From an uncultured Planctomycetales bacterium (GTDB lineage: Bacteria > Omnitrophota > Gorgyraeia > Gygaellales > Profunditerraquicolaceae), in contig CAZYCL010000002.1 of the NCBI GenBank assembly GCA_964645795.1, positions 208,352-272,351 on the forward strand: a stretch of DNA of 64,000 bases, read 5' to 3'. Positions 29,534 through 38,136 of this stretch are shown here, piece after piece. Position numbers and translations under genes: made by a program. Under the pieces are notes generated by a model. The model made no database searches and was not told the origin of the DNA. It was given only the letters and a program-made list of their open reading frames with translations. Within the stretch, counting starts at the first letter, position 1. Each line of letters begins with the position of its first letter.

Positions 29534-30763
29534 TTACTCTAACACCGTATAAGCCCTCTCGCGGTGCTGGGTCAGATCCAGCCCCATCAACTCTTCTTTT
29601 TCGCCGACCCTCACCCCGATAAACATATCCACCAGCTTATAGATGACAGAGGTTATCACAAAGGCGTATACTACCGTAATGGCTACCGCCAAAAGCTGGA
29701 TGAAGAACTGTTTGGGATTACCGTAAAAAAGCCCGTCGGCCCCTGCGGGGTTGATTGCCTTGGAGGCGAATAACCCGGTAGTCAGCGCTCCCCATATCCC
29801 TCCCACGCAGTGTACCCCGAAGGCATCCAGGGAATCATCATATCCGAGCCTGGGCTTGATCACGGCTACCGCCGTAAAACATACAACGCTTACCGAAAGG
29901 CCGATGATGATCGCCGGGATCACTCCGACAAAACCCGCGGCCGGAGTGATTGCCACCAGTCCCGCCACCGCTCCCGATACCGTTCCGAACAATGTGGGCT
30001 TGCCGTTCTTGGCCCACTCGATCAATGCCCACGCCAGGCCCGCTGCCGCAGCCGAAGTGTTAGTTACCACAAACGCGTTTACCGCGATACCATTGGCCGC
30101 CAAGGCGCTTCCGGCATTGAAGCCGAACCAGCCGAACCACAATAACCCCGTGCCCAGGACCACGAAGGGCAGGTTGTGCGGAGCCGGCATATTGGAATTA
30201 AGATTTTTTCTTTTACCTATGACCAAGGCTGTAACCAGGGCGGCGATCCCGGCGTTGATGTGCACGACTGTCCCTCCGGCAAAATCAAGCGCTCCGAGAT
30301 TCCTCAAAAAACCTCCAACACCCCAGACCCAGTGGCATACCGGATCATATACAAATGTAGCCCAAAGAACGGTAAATACAAGGAATGCCGAGAACTTCAT
30401 CCTTTCGGCAAAGGCGCCGATAATAAGCGCGGGGGTTATTATGGCGAACATCGCCTGGAAGATCATGAACGCCTGATGCGGGATGGTCGCGGAGTAATCG
30501 GCGTATGGCTCCAGACCTACTCCATTGAGCCCCCACCATTCCATGCCTCCCCAGAATCCCTGCCCGGGGTAAAATGATAGACTGTAACCATACATTACCC
30601 ACTGGAGGCTCAAGACGCACATAATAATGAAACACTGCATCAAAACGCTGAGCATATTCTTTTTCCTGACCATGCCTCCGTAGAAGAACGCCAGTCCCGG
30701 AGTCATTAATAACACCAGCGCCGAAGAGATCAGCACCCACGCCGTATCGCCTGAATTAATCAT
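29534..30763 (-). CDS. amt: Ammonium transporter.
   Basis: 409 aa with 11-12 TM helices and Amt/MEP signatures (DFAGGTVVHINAG..., FGFNAGSA). Confidence 0.9.
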   Translation of the reverse strand: MINSGDTAWVLISSALVLLMTPGLAFFYGGMVRKKNMLSVLMQCFIIMCVLSLQWVMYGYSLSFYPGQGFWGGMEWWGLNGVGLEPYADYSATIPHQAFMIFQAMFAIITPALIIGAFAERMKFSAFLVFTVLWATFVYDPVCHWVWGVGGFLRNLGALDFAGGTVVHINAGIAALVTALVIGKRKNLNSNMPAPHNLPFVVLGTGLLWFGWFGFNAGSALAANGIAVNAFVVTNTSAAAAGLAWALIEWAKNGKPTLFGTVSGAVAGLVAITPAAGFVGVIPAIIIGLSVSVVCFTAVAVIKPRLGYDDSLDAFGVHCVGGIWGALTTGLFASKAINPAGADGLFYGNPKQFFIQLLAVAITVVYAFVITSVIYKLVDMFIGVRVGEKEELMGLDLTQHRERAYTVLE

Positions 30764-30835
30764 CTTTCCAACTCCTTTCTAAAAAAATGGCGCCTTTTAT
30801 CCGCATTTGGATTCAAGACGCCTATGTCTGTCTTT

Positions 30836-30872
30836 GGGGACGGTTCTGGGGACAGCTCCCAGAACCGTCCCC
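30836..30872. repeat. 37-bp REP-like palindrome, copy B, upstream of amt.
   Basis: GGGGACGGTTCTGGGGACAGCTCCCAGAACCGTCCCC. Confidence 0.85.
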
Positions 30873-31000
30873 AAATAGAAAGGCGTTCCTTTTCTCAGGG
30901 AACGCCTTTGTAAAATCCAGCTATGCACGTCACGATGTGCTTATCCGCTTCTTACATCCATACAAGTAAAGAAACCTTCCTCCTGGTAATCCTTTCTCAA

Positions 31001-31108
31001 GGGCGGTTCTCAAGCTGATTTAGAACTGTCCCCTGAGTTAGGCACCCAAGCCTATCGGACGTCTTGGTGCCCGCTCGTGAGGGACGCTTTTAGATTGTTT
31101 CAAGAACC
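31001..31108. mobile_element. About 108-bp MITE-like element, copy 1, with REP-arm-like inverted termini.
   Basis: Left end GGGCGGTTCTCAAG, right end CAAGAACCGTCCC. Internal hairpins GGCACCCAAGCC/GGCTTGGTGCC and CCCGC/GCGGG. Near-identical to 36641..36748. Confidence 0.6.
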
Positions 31109-31116
31109 GTCCCTAA

Positions 31117-31638
31117 CTAATCTAGGTGCCGGCGGCATTTTTCCCGGATAACCGTCATGGCTCTTACGATGCTGACATGCGACACCCCAAGCCTGCGGCC
31201 GACTTCCCTGGTAGTCATGCCCTGGGAGAAATATTCGATGATCGATTTCTCGCGCCCGTTAAGACCGTTATTGCGTATAGCTTCGGCAAGCAGCTTATCG
31301 TTTAAATTATCCAAATAACCCAGGGAACGCTCATCTGTCAGATAAAGGCTTTGTTGTAAAATCGGCCCCTCATCCTCACGGGCGGCTGCATCCAGGCTAA
31401 CAAGGGTTTTTTTATCCTTAACGACGCGGATATAATTGCGCAGGTGGTAGTAGCAACCCTGAAGGATATAGCTGTCGGTGTTATCTTTTATGCGCCCGCG
31501 GTTATAATCTTGCCAGAGATGCAGGACCGCCTCCTGATAGAGGTCTTCTTCGCTTAAAAAAGATACGAAACCCCTGAGCTTAAAGGCGATGCCTCTTAAT
31601 TTGGGAGATAATTTTTCAAGCAGCTCTCTGAATGTCAT
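31117..31638 (-). CDS. Sigma-70 family RNA polymerase sigma factor (short, ECF-like).
   Basis: Region-2-like EDLYQEAVLHLWQDY and a region-4 HTH, EKSIIEYFSQGMTTREVGRRLGVSHVSIVRA. Confidence 0.65.
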   Translation of the reverse strand: MTFRELLEKLSPKLRGIAFKLRGFVSFLSEEDLYQEAVLHLWQDYNRGRIKDNTDSYILQGCYYHLRNYIRVVKDKKTLVSLDAAAREDEGPILQQSLYLTDERSLGYLDNLNDKLLAEAIRNNGLNGREKSIIEYFSQGMTTREVGRRLGVSHVSIVRAMTVIREKCRRHLD

Positions 31639-31754
31639 TTACCATGGCTCCCTTAACAAAAATGCCCATTACCCAACGACAGGATAATGGACACCTTTGT
31701 CTTTTTAGTTCTTGCCTCTTACGCTATTGTAAGAGCCGATCCCATTCCTTATTT

Positions 31755-31928
31755 CTATTCGCTCTCGGTTATTTCTTCGTGAATGACCCTTCTTACCTTT
31801 GCATCTTTAAAGCGCGAAGAGTGATTGCCGCTGGAGAACTCCTCACAGAACCATACCGGCACAGAGTTCATCAATATGCAACCCTTAACTTCAACACAGG
31901 TCGAGCATAATCCTTTATCATTCTTCAT
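31755..31928 (-). CDS. Unannotated small Cys-rich protein (57 aa), translationally coupled to the upstream GltB-like gene.
   Basis: Minus-strand ATG at 31928, two nucleotides after the TAG stop of the upstream gene, with SD GGGAGG inside the upstream gene. Translation: MKNDKGLCSTCVEVKGCILMNSVPVWFCEEFSSGNHSSRFKDAKVRRVIHEEITESE. It falls below the ORF-track length cutoff. Confidence 0.4.
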   Translation of the reverse strand: MKNDKGLCSTCVEVKGCILMNSVPVWFCEEFSSGNHSSRFKDAKVRRVIHEEITESE

Positions 31929-31930
31929 CT

Positions 31931-33583
31931 CTACCTCCCTGCCGCGACTTTTTGCCTGCGGCCGTTGGAATGACCATTGCTACGAAGGGTTGCTTTGCCG
32001 TCAAGTATCGCCTCTGCCTCTTTTCTGTAGGCGCTCATGACATAGGGGATACCGCTGACCTTCTCTGCCTCTTCGGTAAGCGACATAAGGTCCCTGCGTG
32101 ATATCGCGCTTACCCGGAAGTTCCTGCTGCCGGCCATAAGCTGCTGCAGGCCGACGCGTATCTTCTGGGCAAAAGAGTAGACGCCTATCGCTCCTAACGG
32201 GATGTCTTTGAGATCCTTACCGTAGCGCTCAAGCAGCTCTTCGTAATAGACGAATATCTCCTTGGGGGTGGAGCCGTACGCCGAGACCGTAGGAGGCAGA
32301 TTCTTCTCGTCTATCCAGGCCTGGATGTTCTTACCGACCATTCCCGGTATCATCAGGGCCCTGCCCATGCAGACAGCCTTAACATACGGCGAGCCCATGG
32401 CGATTACCTTGAATACGTGGTCTTCGGTAGAAAAACCTCCGGCAATGGCGATATCCGGAATGCGCATGCCTTTTTTAGCCAGCTTCTGGCAGAACTCATA
32501 GGTAAGCGCCTCCAGGTAAAAAGTCGGGATACCCCACTCCTCCATCATTCTCCAGGGGCTCATGCCGGTTCCGCCGGGCGCTCCGTCTATGGTGAGCAGG
32601 TCTATCTTGGCCAGGGAAGAATACTTGATGGCCATGGCCAGCTCGCGCATGGAATAAGCGCCGGTTTTAAGCGTAATGCGCTTAAAACCCAGATCTCTTA
32701 AGCGCTTTATCTCTGCCAAGAACGACTCTTCGGATACGAAACCCAACCGAGAATGCCGCTCGAACTCCTTGATTGCGCCATCCTCGAAGGCCTTCTGGTT
32801 AGCTTCAAGAGAAGGATCGGGAGTTACGATATAGCCGCGCTTTTGCAGCTCCAGGGCCCTTTCCAGGCTCTTGACCTTTATCTCGCCTCCGATACACTTG
32901 GCGCCCTGGCCCCACTTCAATTCAATGGTCTGCAGGTTGTGTTTTTTACGCACGTACTCGGCGACCCCCAGCCGCGTGTCTTCCACGTTCATCTGCACCA
33001 GTATCTCTCCAAAACCGTTATGGAACCTTTTGTATACTTCGATGCGCCGGTCCATCTCGGGAGAATTCCTGATCTTACCTTTATTATCCAGCTCTAACCC
33101 CGGGTCAATACCGCAGACGTTCTCGCCGCAGACCAGGGTAATGCCGGATATCGCCGCGCCTATGGCAAAATGCTCCCAATTCTTACGGGCGATCTCCGTG
33201 GAGCCGAGGGCCCCGGTGAATATCGGGACCTTCATCTTTACTTTAGCATCCCACCCATAGGAAACTTCGGTATTCACATCGGGAAATTTGGTATTGTCCG
33301 GATCTCCTTCCGCATCGTTGGGCAGCCCCTTGGCGCCCAAGGCGTATCCTTGAATATTTAAATGGGAGTAGTCAACAGGATAATCCTTGTCTGCTCCGGC
33401 AGTAACGTCGCCGAACGGACCGGGGTAGATCACTTCCCTGCCCCTGAATGTCGCCTTGAACACCTCGCAGTTGCCCTTGCAGCCGTCAACGCAGCGCGAA
33501 CAGATACCCGAACCCGGCACTACATTCTTAGAACGGTTAAACGTCCCGGTTGCGTCATTTGCATTAGGCCTTTCCAGATTCAT
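31931..33583 (-). CDS. Stand-alone glutamate-synthase-domain (GltB FMN-binding domain, COG0069-like) family protein.
   Basis: 550 aa with an N-terminal Cys cluster (CSRCVDGCKGNC) and a TIM-barrel FMN region similar to the GltB central and FMN domains. Confidence 0.65.
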   Translation of the reverse strand: MNLERPNANDATGTFNRSKNVVPGSGICSRCVDGCKGNCEVFKATFRGREVIYPGPFGDVTAGADKDYPVDYSHLNIQGYALGAKGLPNDAEGDPDNTKFPDVNTEVSYGWDAKVKMKVPIFTGALGSTEIARKNWEHFAIGAAISGITLVCGENVCGIDPGLELDNKGKIRNSPEMDRRIEVYKRFHNGFGEILVQMNVEDTRLGVAEYVRKKHNLQTIELKWGQGAKCIGGEIKVKSLERALELQKRGYIVTPDPSLEANQKAFEDGAIKEFERHSRLGFVSEESFLAEIKRLRDLGFKRITLKTGAYSMRELAMAIKYSSLAKIDLLTIDGAPGGTGMSPWRMMEEWGIPTFYLEALTYEFCQKLAKKGMRIPDIAIAGGFSTEDHVFKVIAMGSPYVKAVCMGRALMIPGMVGKNIQAWIDEKNLPPTVSAYGSTPKEIFVYYEELLERYGKDLKDIPLGAIGVYSFAQKIRVGLQQLMAGSRNFRVSAISRRDLMSLTEEAEKVSGIPYVMSAYRKEAEAILDGKATLRSNGHSNGRRQKVAAGR

Positions 33584-33602
33584 TTCTCTCCTCCTCTTGA
33601 GG

Positions 33603-34307
33603 CTACTTTGCCCCCGTTAAACTCTTCATCTCTGCCGCCATGATGATTGCTTCTGCAACTTCGCGCATGTTTTTACGGTTATCCATACTGTATTTGCGAA
33701 TCTTTAAATAAGCCTGTTCTTCGCTTAGGCCTTCATCGCGCATCAGTATCCCCTTGGCGCGCTCCAGCTTCTTGCGGCTCTCCAGCTCTTCCTGGATAAC
33801 CTTGCTTTTTACGGCGAGCTCCGTGTTCTCTATCGCTACCGCAGCCTGGTTGGCGATGGTGCTCAATACTTCGATCTCGGTATCGCTGAAGTTGTGCGGA
33901 TGCGAGGTATAACAGTTGATTACCCCGATGACCTTGCCCTTGACCGCCAGGGGCACGCATAACAGGGACCGCAAACCTTCTTTCTTGGCGATATCCTTGT
34001 GCTTGTATTCCTTTTCCTTGACTACGTCCTTTACGGCAATCGCTTTGTTCTCTTTGGCCACCCTTCCGGCCACGCCCTCTCCGATTTTCAGGGGAGGCTT
34101 GCTATTATACTCATCGCTGATGCTCTGCGAGGCGCGCACCACAAGCTCATGGCTTTTTTCATCCAAGAGCATCAGGGAACAGATATTCGAATCCAAGAGC
34201 TTCGCGGTGACCGTGACAATAAGCTTTAAAATATCTTCCAGGTAGAGCTCGGAAGTTATGGCCTTGCTGATCTTAGACAACGCCTTAATCTGCTCCTCGA
34301 AAGACAC
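33603..34307 (-). CDS. GAF-ANTAR RNA-binding antitermination regulator (paralog 1).
   Basis: GAF domain followed by a C-terminal ANTAR motif, ERAKGILMRDEGLSEEQAYLKIRKYSMDNRKNMREVAEAII. GTG start with SD AAAGGAGAGG. Confidence 0.8.
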   Translation of the reverse strand: MSFEEQIKALSKISKAITSELYLEDILKLIVTVTAKLLDSNICSLMLLDEKSHELVVRASQSISDEYNSKPPLKIGEGVAGRVAKENKAIAVKDVVKEKEYKHKDIAKKEGLRSLLCVPLAVKGKVIGVINCYTSHPHNFSDTEIEVLSTIANQAAVAIENTELAVKSKVIQEELESRKKLERAKGILMRDEGLSEEQAYLKIRKYSMDNRKNMREVAEAIIMAAEMKSLTGAK

Positions 34308-34320
34308 TCGCCTCTCCTTT

Positions 34321-34358
34321 AAATAAAAAAGCGTTCCACGCCTGCTCCAGGAGCAGGC
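34321..34358 (-). terminator. Intrinsic terminator-like hairpin with a U-run in the 5' leader of GAF-ANTAR paralog 1. Candidate attenuator.
   Basis: The minus strand reads CCTGCTCCTGGAGCAGG CGTGGAACGCTTTTTTATTT, immediately before the SD of the gene starting at 34307. Confidence 0.5.
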
Positions 34359-34596
34359 ACAGAACGCCGTCGTTCTTACCTCGGAATCAAGATTTTGTGG
34401 AGTCTATCCCGCCTTCGGCGGGATTATTTTCGCAGACGGCCTTAGAACCTTGCCTGCTCAAATTCCGCCACAGGACGTGGTGGATTCGCCATGATTTTTG
34501 GCGAAAAAAAACGCCCTTCCCTTAGCAATAGCAATCTCTGCTAACTTAGAAAGGACGCCTTTATCCGGATCTCGGACCCCGAAATATAAGGTAAGC

Positions 34597-34632
34597 TAAA
34601 AACAAAAAAAACGTTCTTTTTAAAGAACGCCT
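34597..34632 (-). terminator. Rho-independent terminator downstream of GAF-ANTAR paralog 2.
   Basis: Minus-strand hairpin CGTTCTTT-AA-AAAGAACG followed by TTTTTTTTGTTTTT. Confidence 0.55.
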
Positions 34633-34734
34633 CTTCGCTTCTTACCCCTTAAAAGCACTGACTCTGTGCTTTCATCCTAAGTTTAACACAATCTGTCTAT
34701 TTGTCAAGCATTATATGCACAAAGCCGGCTGCCG

Positions 34735-35463
34735 CTACTTCTTGGCCTTGATATCCCTGGCCAGGATTATGGCCTCGGCGACCTCGCGCATGGACCTGCG
34801 CATATCCATGCTCTGCTTCTGAATAAGCCGGTAGGCCTCGGCGGCAGGGATATTGGCTTCTTGGGCCAGTATCTCTTTTGCGCGCTCAACCAGTTTTCGG
34901 GTATTGAGCGCCTCTTCGGCGCTGCGCGCGCGCAGGTCCAGCTCCGCGTTATCGATAGCCACCGCCGCCTGATTGGCCAGGGCAGTCAATATCTCCAGCT
35001 CATGCTTGCAGAATTTATGCTTCTTGGAAGTATAACAATTAAACACTCCTATGACCCTGCCCTTAATGGCCATGGGAACTGAGGCAAGAGAAAATAATCC
35101 TTCTTTGCGGGCCAGGCCTTGATTAAGGTAGCGTGGGTCGTTCTGCAGGTCATAAACACATATGGGCTTATTCTCCTGGGCCACCTTTCCTGCGATGCCT
35201 TCTCCGAGCTTAACGTTGGGCTTCTTGTTATACGCCTCCGATACAGACTGCGTAGCCTTTACCACCAGCTCCTTCTTATCCGGATCAAGCAGCATAAGAG
35301 AAGAGATATTGGAGTTCATGATCTCGGCGGTCACCTGGATGATGATCTTTAAGAGCTCCTCCAGGTATAGGCCGGAGGTGATCATATTGGCTACCTTGGC
35401 AATGCCTTCTATCTGCTTAAGATACGGTTGGTAACCCGAAGCGGAGGATTTCTTTTTCTTCAT
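34735..35463 (-). CDS. GAF-ANTAR RNA-binding antitermination regulator (paralog 2).
   Basis: Same architecture as paralog 1, with ANTAR motif ERAKEILAQEANIPAAEAYRLIQKQSMDMRRSMREVAEAII. Overlaps the aminotransferase gene by 4 nt. Confidence 0.8.
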   Translation of the reverse strand: MKKKKSSASGYQPYLKQIEGIAKVANMITSGLYLEELLKIIIQVTAEIMNSNISSLMLLDPDKKELVVKATQSVSEAYNKKPNVKLGEGIAGKVAQENKPICVYDLQNDPRYLNQGLARKEGLFSLASVPMAIKGRVIGVFNCYTSKKHKFCKHELEILTALANQAAVAIDNAELDLRARSAEEALNTRKLVERAKEILAQEANIPAAEAYRLIQKQSMDMRRSMREVAEAIILARDIKAKK

Positions 35464-36653
35464 TTCTTATTCCTCCGGCTGTTTCTCAGGAAAGCCTCCA
35501 TCCGGGACACTGCCTCTTTTAGCTTCTCCAGGCTTGAAGCATAAGAAATCCTGATATAGCCTTCTGCGCAGCCCCCAAACGCAGTCCCCGGGACTACCGC
35601 CACCTTCTGCTCCCTAAGCAGCTTCTGACTGAACTCCATGGAAGACATGCCCGTGCTCTTTATCGAAGGGAACGCGTAGAACGCCCCCTGCGGCATATGG
35701 CAGACAAGGCCCAGGCGGTTTAACTCGCCTATTATATATTCTCTTCTCCTGCGGTACTCCCGTTTCATCTCTTCGACGTTCCTTCTTGCGGTCTGAAGCG
35801 CCTCACATGCTGCCATCTGTGAAGTAATGGAGACGCACATGATGGTATACTGGTGGATCTTGGTCATTGCCGCGATTATGTCCTTGGGGCCGCAGGCAAA
35901 ACCCACGCGCCAGCCGGTCATGGCATAGCCCTTGGAAAAACCGTCCAGATACAGCGTTTTATCCCTTGCGCCGGGAAGCGACGCAAAAGCAGTATGTTCA
36001 AAATCATAAGTAAGATCGCCGTAGACCTCATCGGTAATGCAGAGTATCTTATGTTTTAGCGCGATCCTTTTTATCTCCTCGAGCTCCTTGCGCGTGTAGG
36101 AAGTCCCGGTGGGATTGCTGGGATAGTTAAGAAGCAAAGCCTTGGTTTTCTTGTCTATGGCTTTTTTCAGATCCCGGGGCTCCAGTTTCAAGCCGGTCCG
36201 GGTCGTATCGATAAATACCGGTACTCCGCCTGCCAGCTCCGTCATCGGCCCGTAAGACACGTAGCTGGGGACAGGGATGATCACTTTATCGCAAGGGTTA
36301 AGGAGTGCGCGCATTGCCAGGTCTACCCCTTCGCTCACCCCTACGGTAATAAGGATCTCTTCGTCCGGGCAGTATTCAAGGCCAAACCTGTGTTTAAGAT
36401 ACCTTGCTATCGAAAGCCTTAGTTTATAAAGGCCTTTGTTGGAAGTATAAGAGGTAAAACCCTGCTCCAGGGAGAAGATGCCTGCCTCGCGGATCTGCCA
36501 GGGAGTGACGAAATCCGGCTCCCCCACGCCAAGAGAGACTACGTCCTTCATCCCCAGGACCAGGTCAAAAAATGCCCTGATGCCTGAGGGCTGCATTTCT
36601 TCGACTTTCTTTGAAATTAAGTTTTTCATATTCTTAGTATGGACGGTTTTCAA
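35460..36653 (-). CDS. PLP-dependent class I/II aminotransferase (aspartate/aromatic aminotransferase-like).
   Basis: Fold-type I motifs (GEPDF, NYPSNPTG, SFSKGYAMTGWRVG with the Lys in SKG). Confidence 0.8.
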   Translation of the reverse strand: MKTVHTKNMKNLISKKVEEMQPSGIRAFFDLVLGMKDVVSLGVGEPDFVTPWQIREAGIFSLEQGFTSYTSNKGLYKLRLSIARYLKHRFGLEYCPDEEILITVGVSEGVDLAMRALLNPCDKVIIPVPSYVSYGPMTELAGGVPVFIDTTRTGLKLEPRDLKKAIDKKTKALLLNYPSNPTGTSYTRKELEEIKRIALKHKILCITDEVYGDLTYDFEHTAFASLPGARDKTLYLDGFSKGYAMTGWRVGFACGPKDIIAAMTKIHQYTIMCVSITSQMAACEALQTARRNVEEMKREYRRRREYIIGELNRLGLVCHMPQGAFYAFPSIKSTGMSSMEFSQKLLREQKVAVVPGTAFGGCAEGYIRISYASSLEKLKEAVSRMEAFLRNSRRNKK

Positions 36654-36748
36654 GACAAGTTAGAACTGTCCCCTGAGTTAGGCACCCAAGCCTATCGGAC
36701 GGCTTGGTGCCCGCCCGTGCGGGACGCTTTTAGATTGTTTCAAGAACC
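36641..36748. mobile_element. About 108-bp MITE-like element, copy 2.
   Basis: Around 95% identical to 31001..31108, with the same REP-arm-like termini (GGACGGTTTTCAAG ... CAAGAACCATCCC). Confidence 0.6.
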
Positions 36749-36758
36749 ATCCCTGGGA

Positions 36759-37244
36759 TTAATATGAAATGGAGATCCTCTCGTTCTCTTCTTTGTGTTT
36801 CAGGATCGCACCGTTTTCCTTGTATTTCTTGAGCAGAAAATGCGTTGCCGTGCCCCTGACATGCTCCAGGGGCGCCAGCTTCTCGGCTACAAAGCGCGCT
36901 ACCGTATGCAGATCCTTGCCTTCAACGATCAAAAGAAGGTCATAGGTACCCGATACCAGGAAACAGTTTGTCACTTCAGGGAATGAGTATATGCGCTCGG
37001 CTATCTTGTCAAAACCCAGGTCTTTCTGCGGAACGACGTTTACCTCGATTAGCGCCCTGACCTCAGAGTGGTTATCCCTGACCAGCTCCTTGTTGATTAT
37101 CGTCTTGTACCCTAAGATCACCCCTTCTTTTTCGTATTTCTTTATGGCCTTCTTGATGACGTCCGGCTTCTTGCGCAAACATTTGGCTATATCTTCGGCG
37201 GATGCGCGCGCGTCTTTTTCCAGCATCTCCAGGATCTCGTCCAT
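36759..37244 (-). CDS. Lrp/AsnC family transcriptional regulator.
   Basis: N-terminal HTH (DEILEMLEKDARASAEDIAKCLR) and a C-terminal RAM/AsnC_trans_reg domain. Confidence 0.8.
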   Translation of the reverse strand: MDEILEMLEKDARASAEDIAKCLRKKPDVIKKAIKKYEKEGVILGYKTIINKELVRDNHSEVRALIEVNVVPQKDLGFDKIAERIYSFPEVTNCFLVSGTYDLLLIVEGKDLHTVARFVAEKLAPLEHVRGTATHFLLKKYKENGAILKHKEENERISISY

Positions 37245-37258
37245 GCTTCCCTCCGGGA

Positions 37259-37975
37259 TTAAGTTTTACATATCTGCGGACCGAGCCTCTTATGCTCTGA
37301 CCGCCTTATCATTGCTTTGACTTTTTTCACTTTAGCAGCCGATAGGCTTTGTTTCTTCTTATGCTCAATACGCTCTAAAATATCATCTAACTCGTTATAG
37401 GTAATACCCATCTCGCCTTCATCGGTCTGGCCCGGCCACAGCCCTGCTGTAGGCGGCTTTTCAATTACGGACTGCGGGATGCCCAGCTCTTTAGCTAATT
37501 GCCGCACATCCTTCTTGTAGAGATCGCCGAGCGGCAGGATATCTACCCCGCCATCGCCGTATTTGGTAAAGTAGCCTGCCATAAGTTCGGATTTGTTTCC
37601 CGTACCGCAGACAAGATAGTTCAGCTTATTGGCAAAGTAATAAAGGGTAAGCATGCGCAGGCGGGGTTTGAGATTGCTCCTGGCCAATCCTCCTGCCGGC
37701 GGCAACGTTCTTACCAGGATACCGAAAGCGGCTGTCAAATCTATTTTTCCGGTCTTGATCCCAAGCCTGTGAGCAACAAGCATGGCATCTGCCTGGTCGC
37801 GCAGGTGGCTATCGCAGGGCAGAAGCATGGCCAAGACCCTGTCTTTACCTACTGCTTCCTTGCATAAAGCCGCCGCAACCGCCGAATCTATGCCTCCGGA
37901 AAGCCCCAGGACCACTCCTTTTGCCCCGGCGCCCCTTACCTGATTTCTTATCCAGGCGATAATCTTATTTTTCAT
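37259..37975 (-). CDS. nadE: NH3-dependent NAD+ synthetase.
   Basis: PP-loop motif VLGLSGGIDSAV and an overall NadE fold. 238 aa. Confidence 0.85.
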   Translation of the reverse strand: MKNKIIAWIRNQVRGAGAKGVVLGLSGGIDSAVAAALCKEAVGKDRVLAMLLPCDSHLRDQADAMLVAHRLGIKTGKIDLTAAFGILVRTLPPAGGLARSNLKPRLRMLTLYYFANKLNYLVCGTGNKSELMAGYFTKYGDGGVDILPLGDLYKKDVRQLAKELGIPQSVIEKPPTAGLWPGQTDEGEMGITYNELDDILERIEHKKKQSLSAAKVKKVKAMIRRSEHKRLGPQICKT

Positions 37976-38048
37976 GGCCTATTATGGGTTGGATTATATC
38001 ACCTAAGCCCGAGAGGGTCAATCAACTTCTTGGCTTGGGATTTTCGCC

Positions 38049-38077
38049 TTGACAAAATACAGGCATGACTTTATAAT
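38049..38077 (+). promoter_or_regulatory. Consensus sigma-70 promoter for the DUF47-pit operon.
   Basis: TTGACA at 38049..38054, a 17-nt spacer, and TATAAT at 38072..38077. AAGGAG SD at 38125..38130 and ATG at 38137. Confidence 0.6.
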
Positions 38078-38136
38078 ATTTTTGCTTCCATTCCCCACGC
38101 GACAACAAACCTTTTACAAAAAATAAGGAGTTTATA

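Noticed and set aside
34403-34432. Plus-strand hairpin ATCCCGCC-TTCG-GGCGGGAT plus T-run, which looks like a terminator
   Set aside because: There is no plus-strand gene upstream. It is interpreted instead as a structural element of the minus-strand ANTAR leader.
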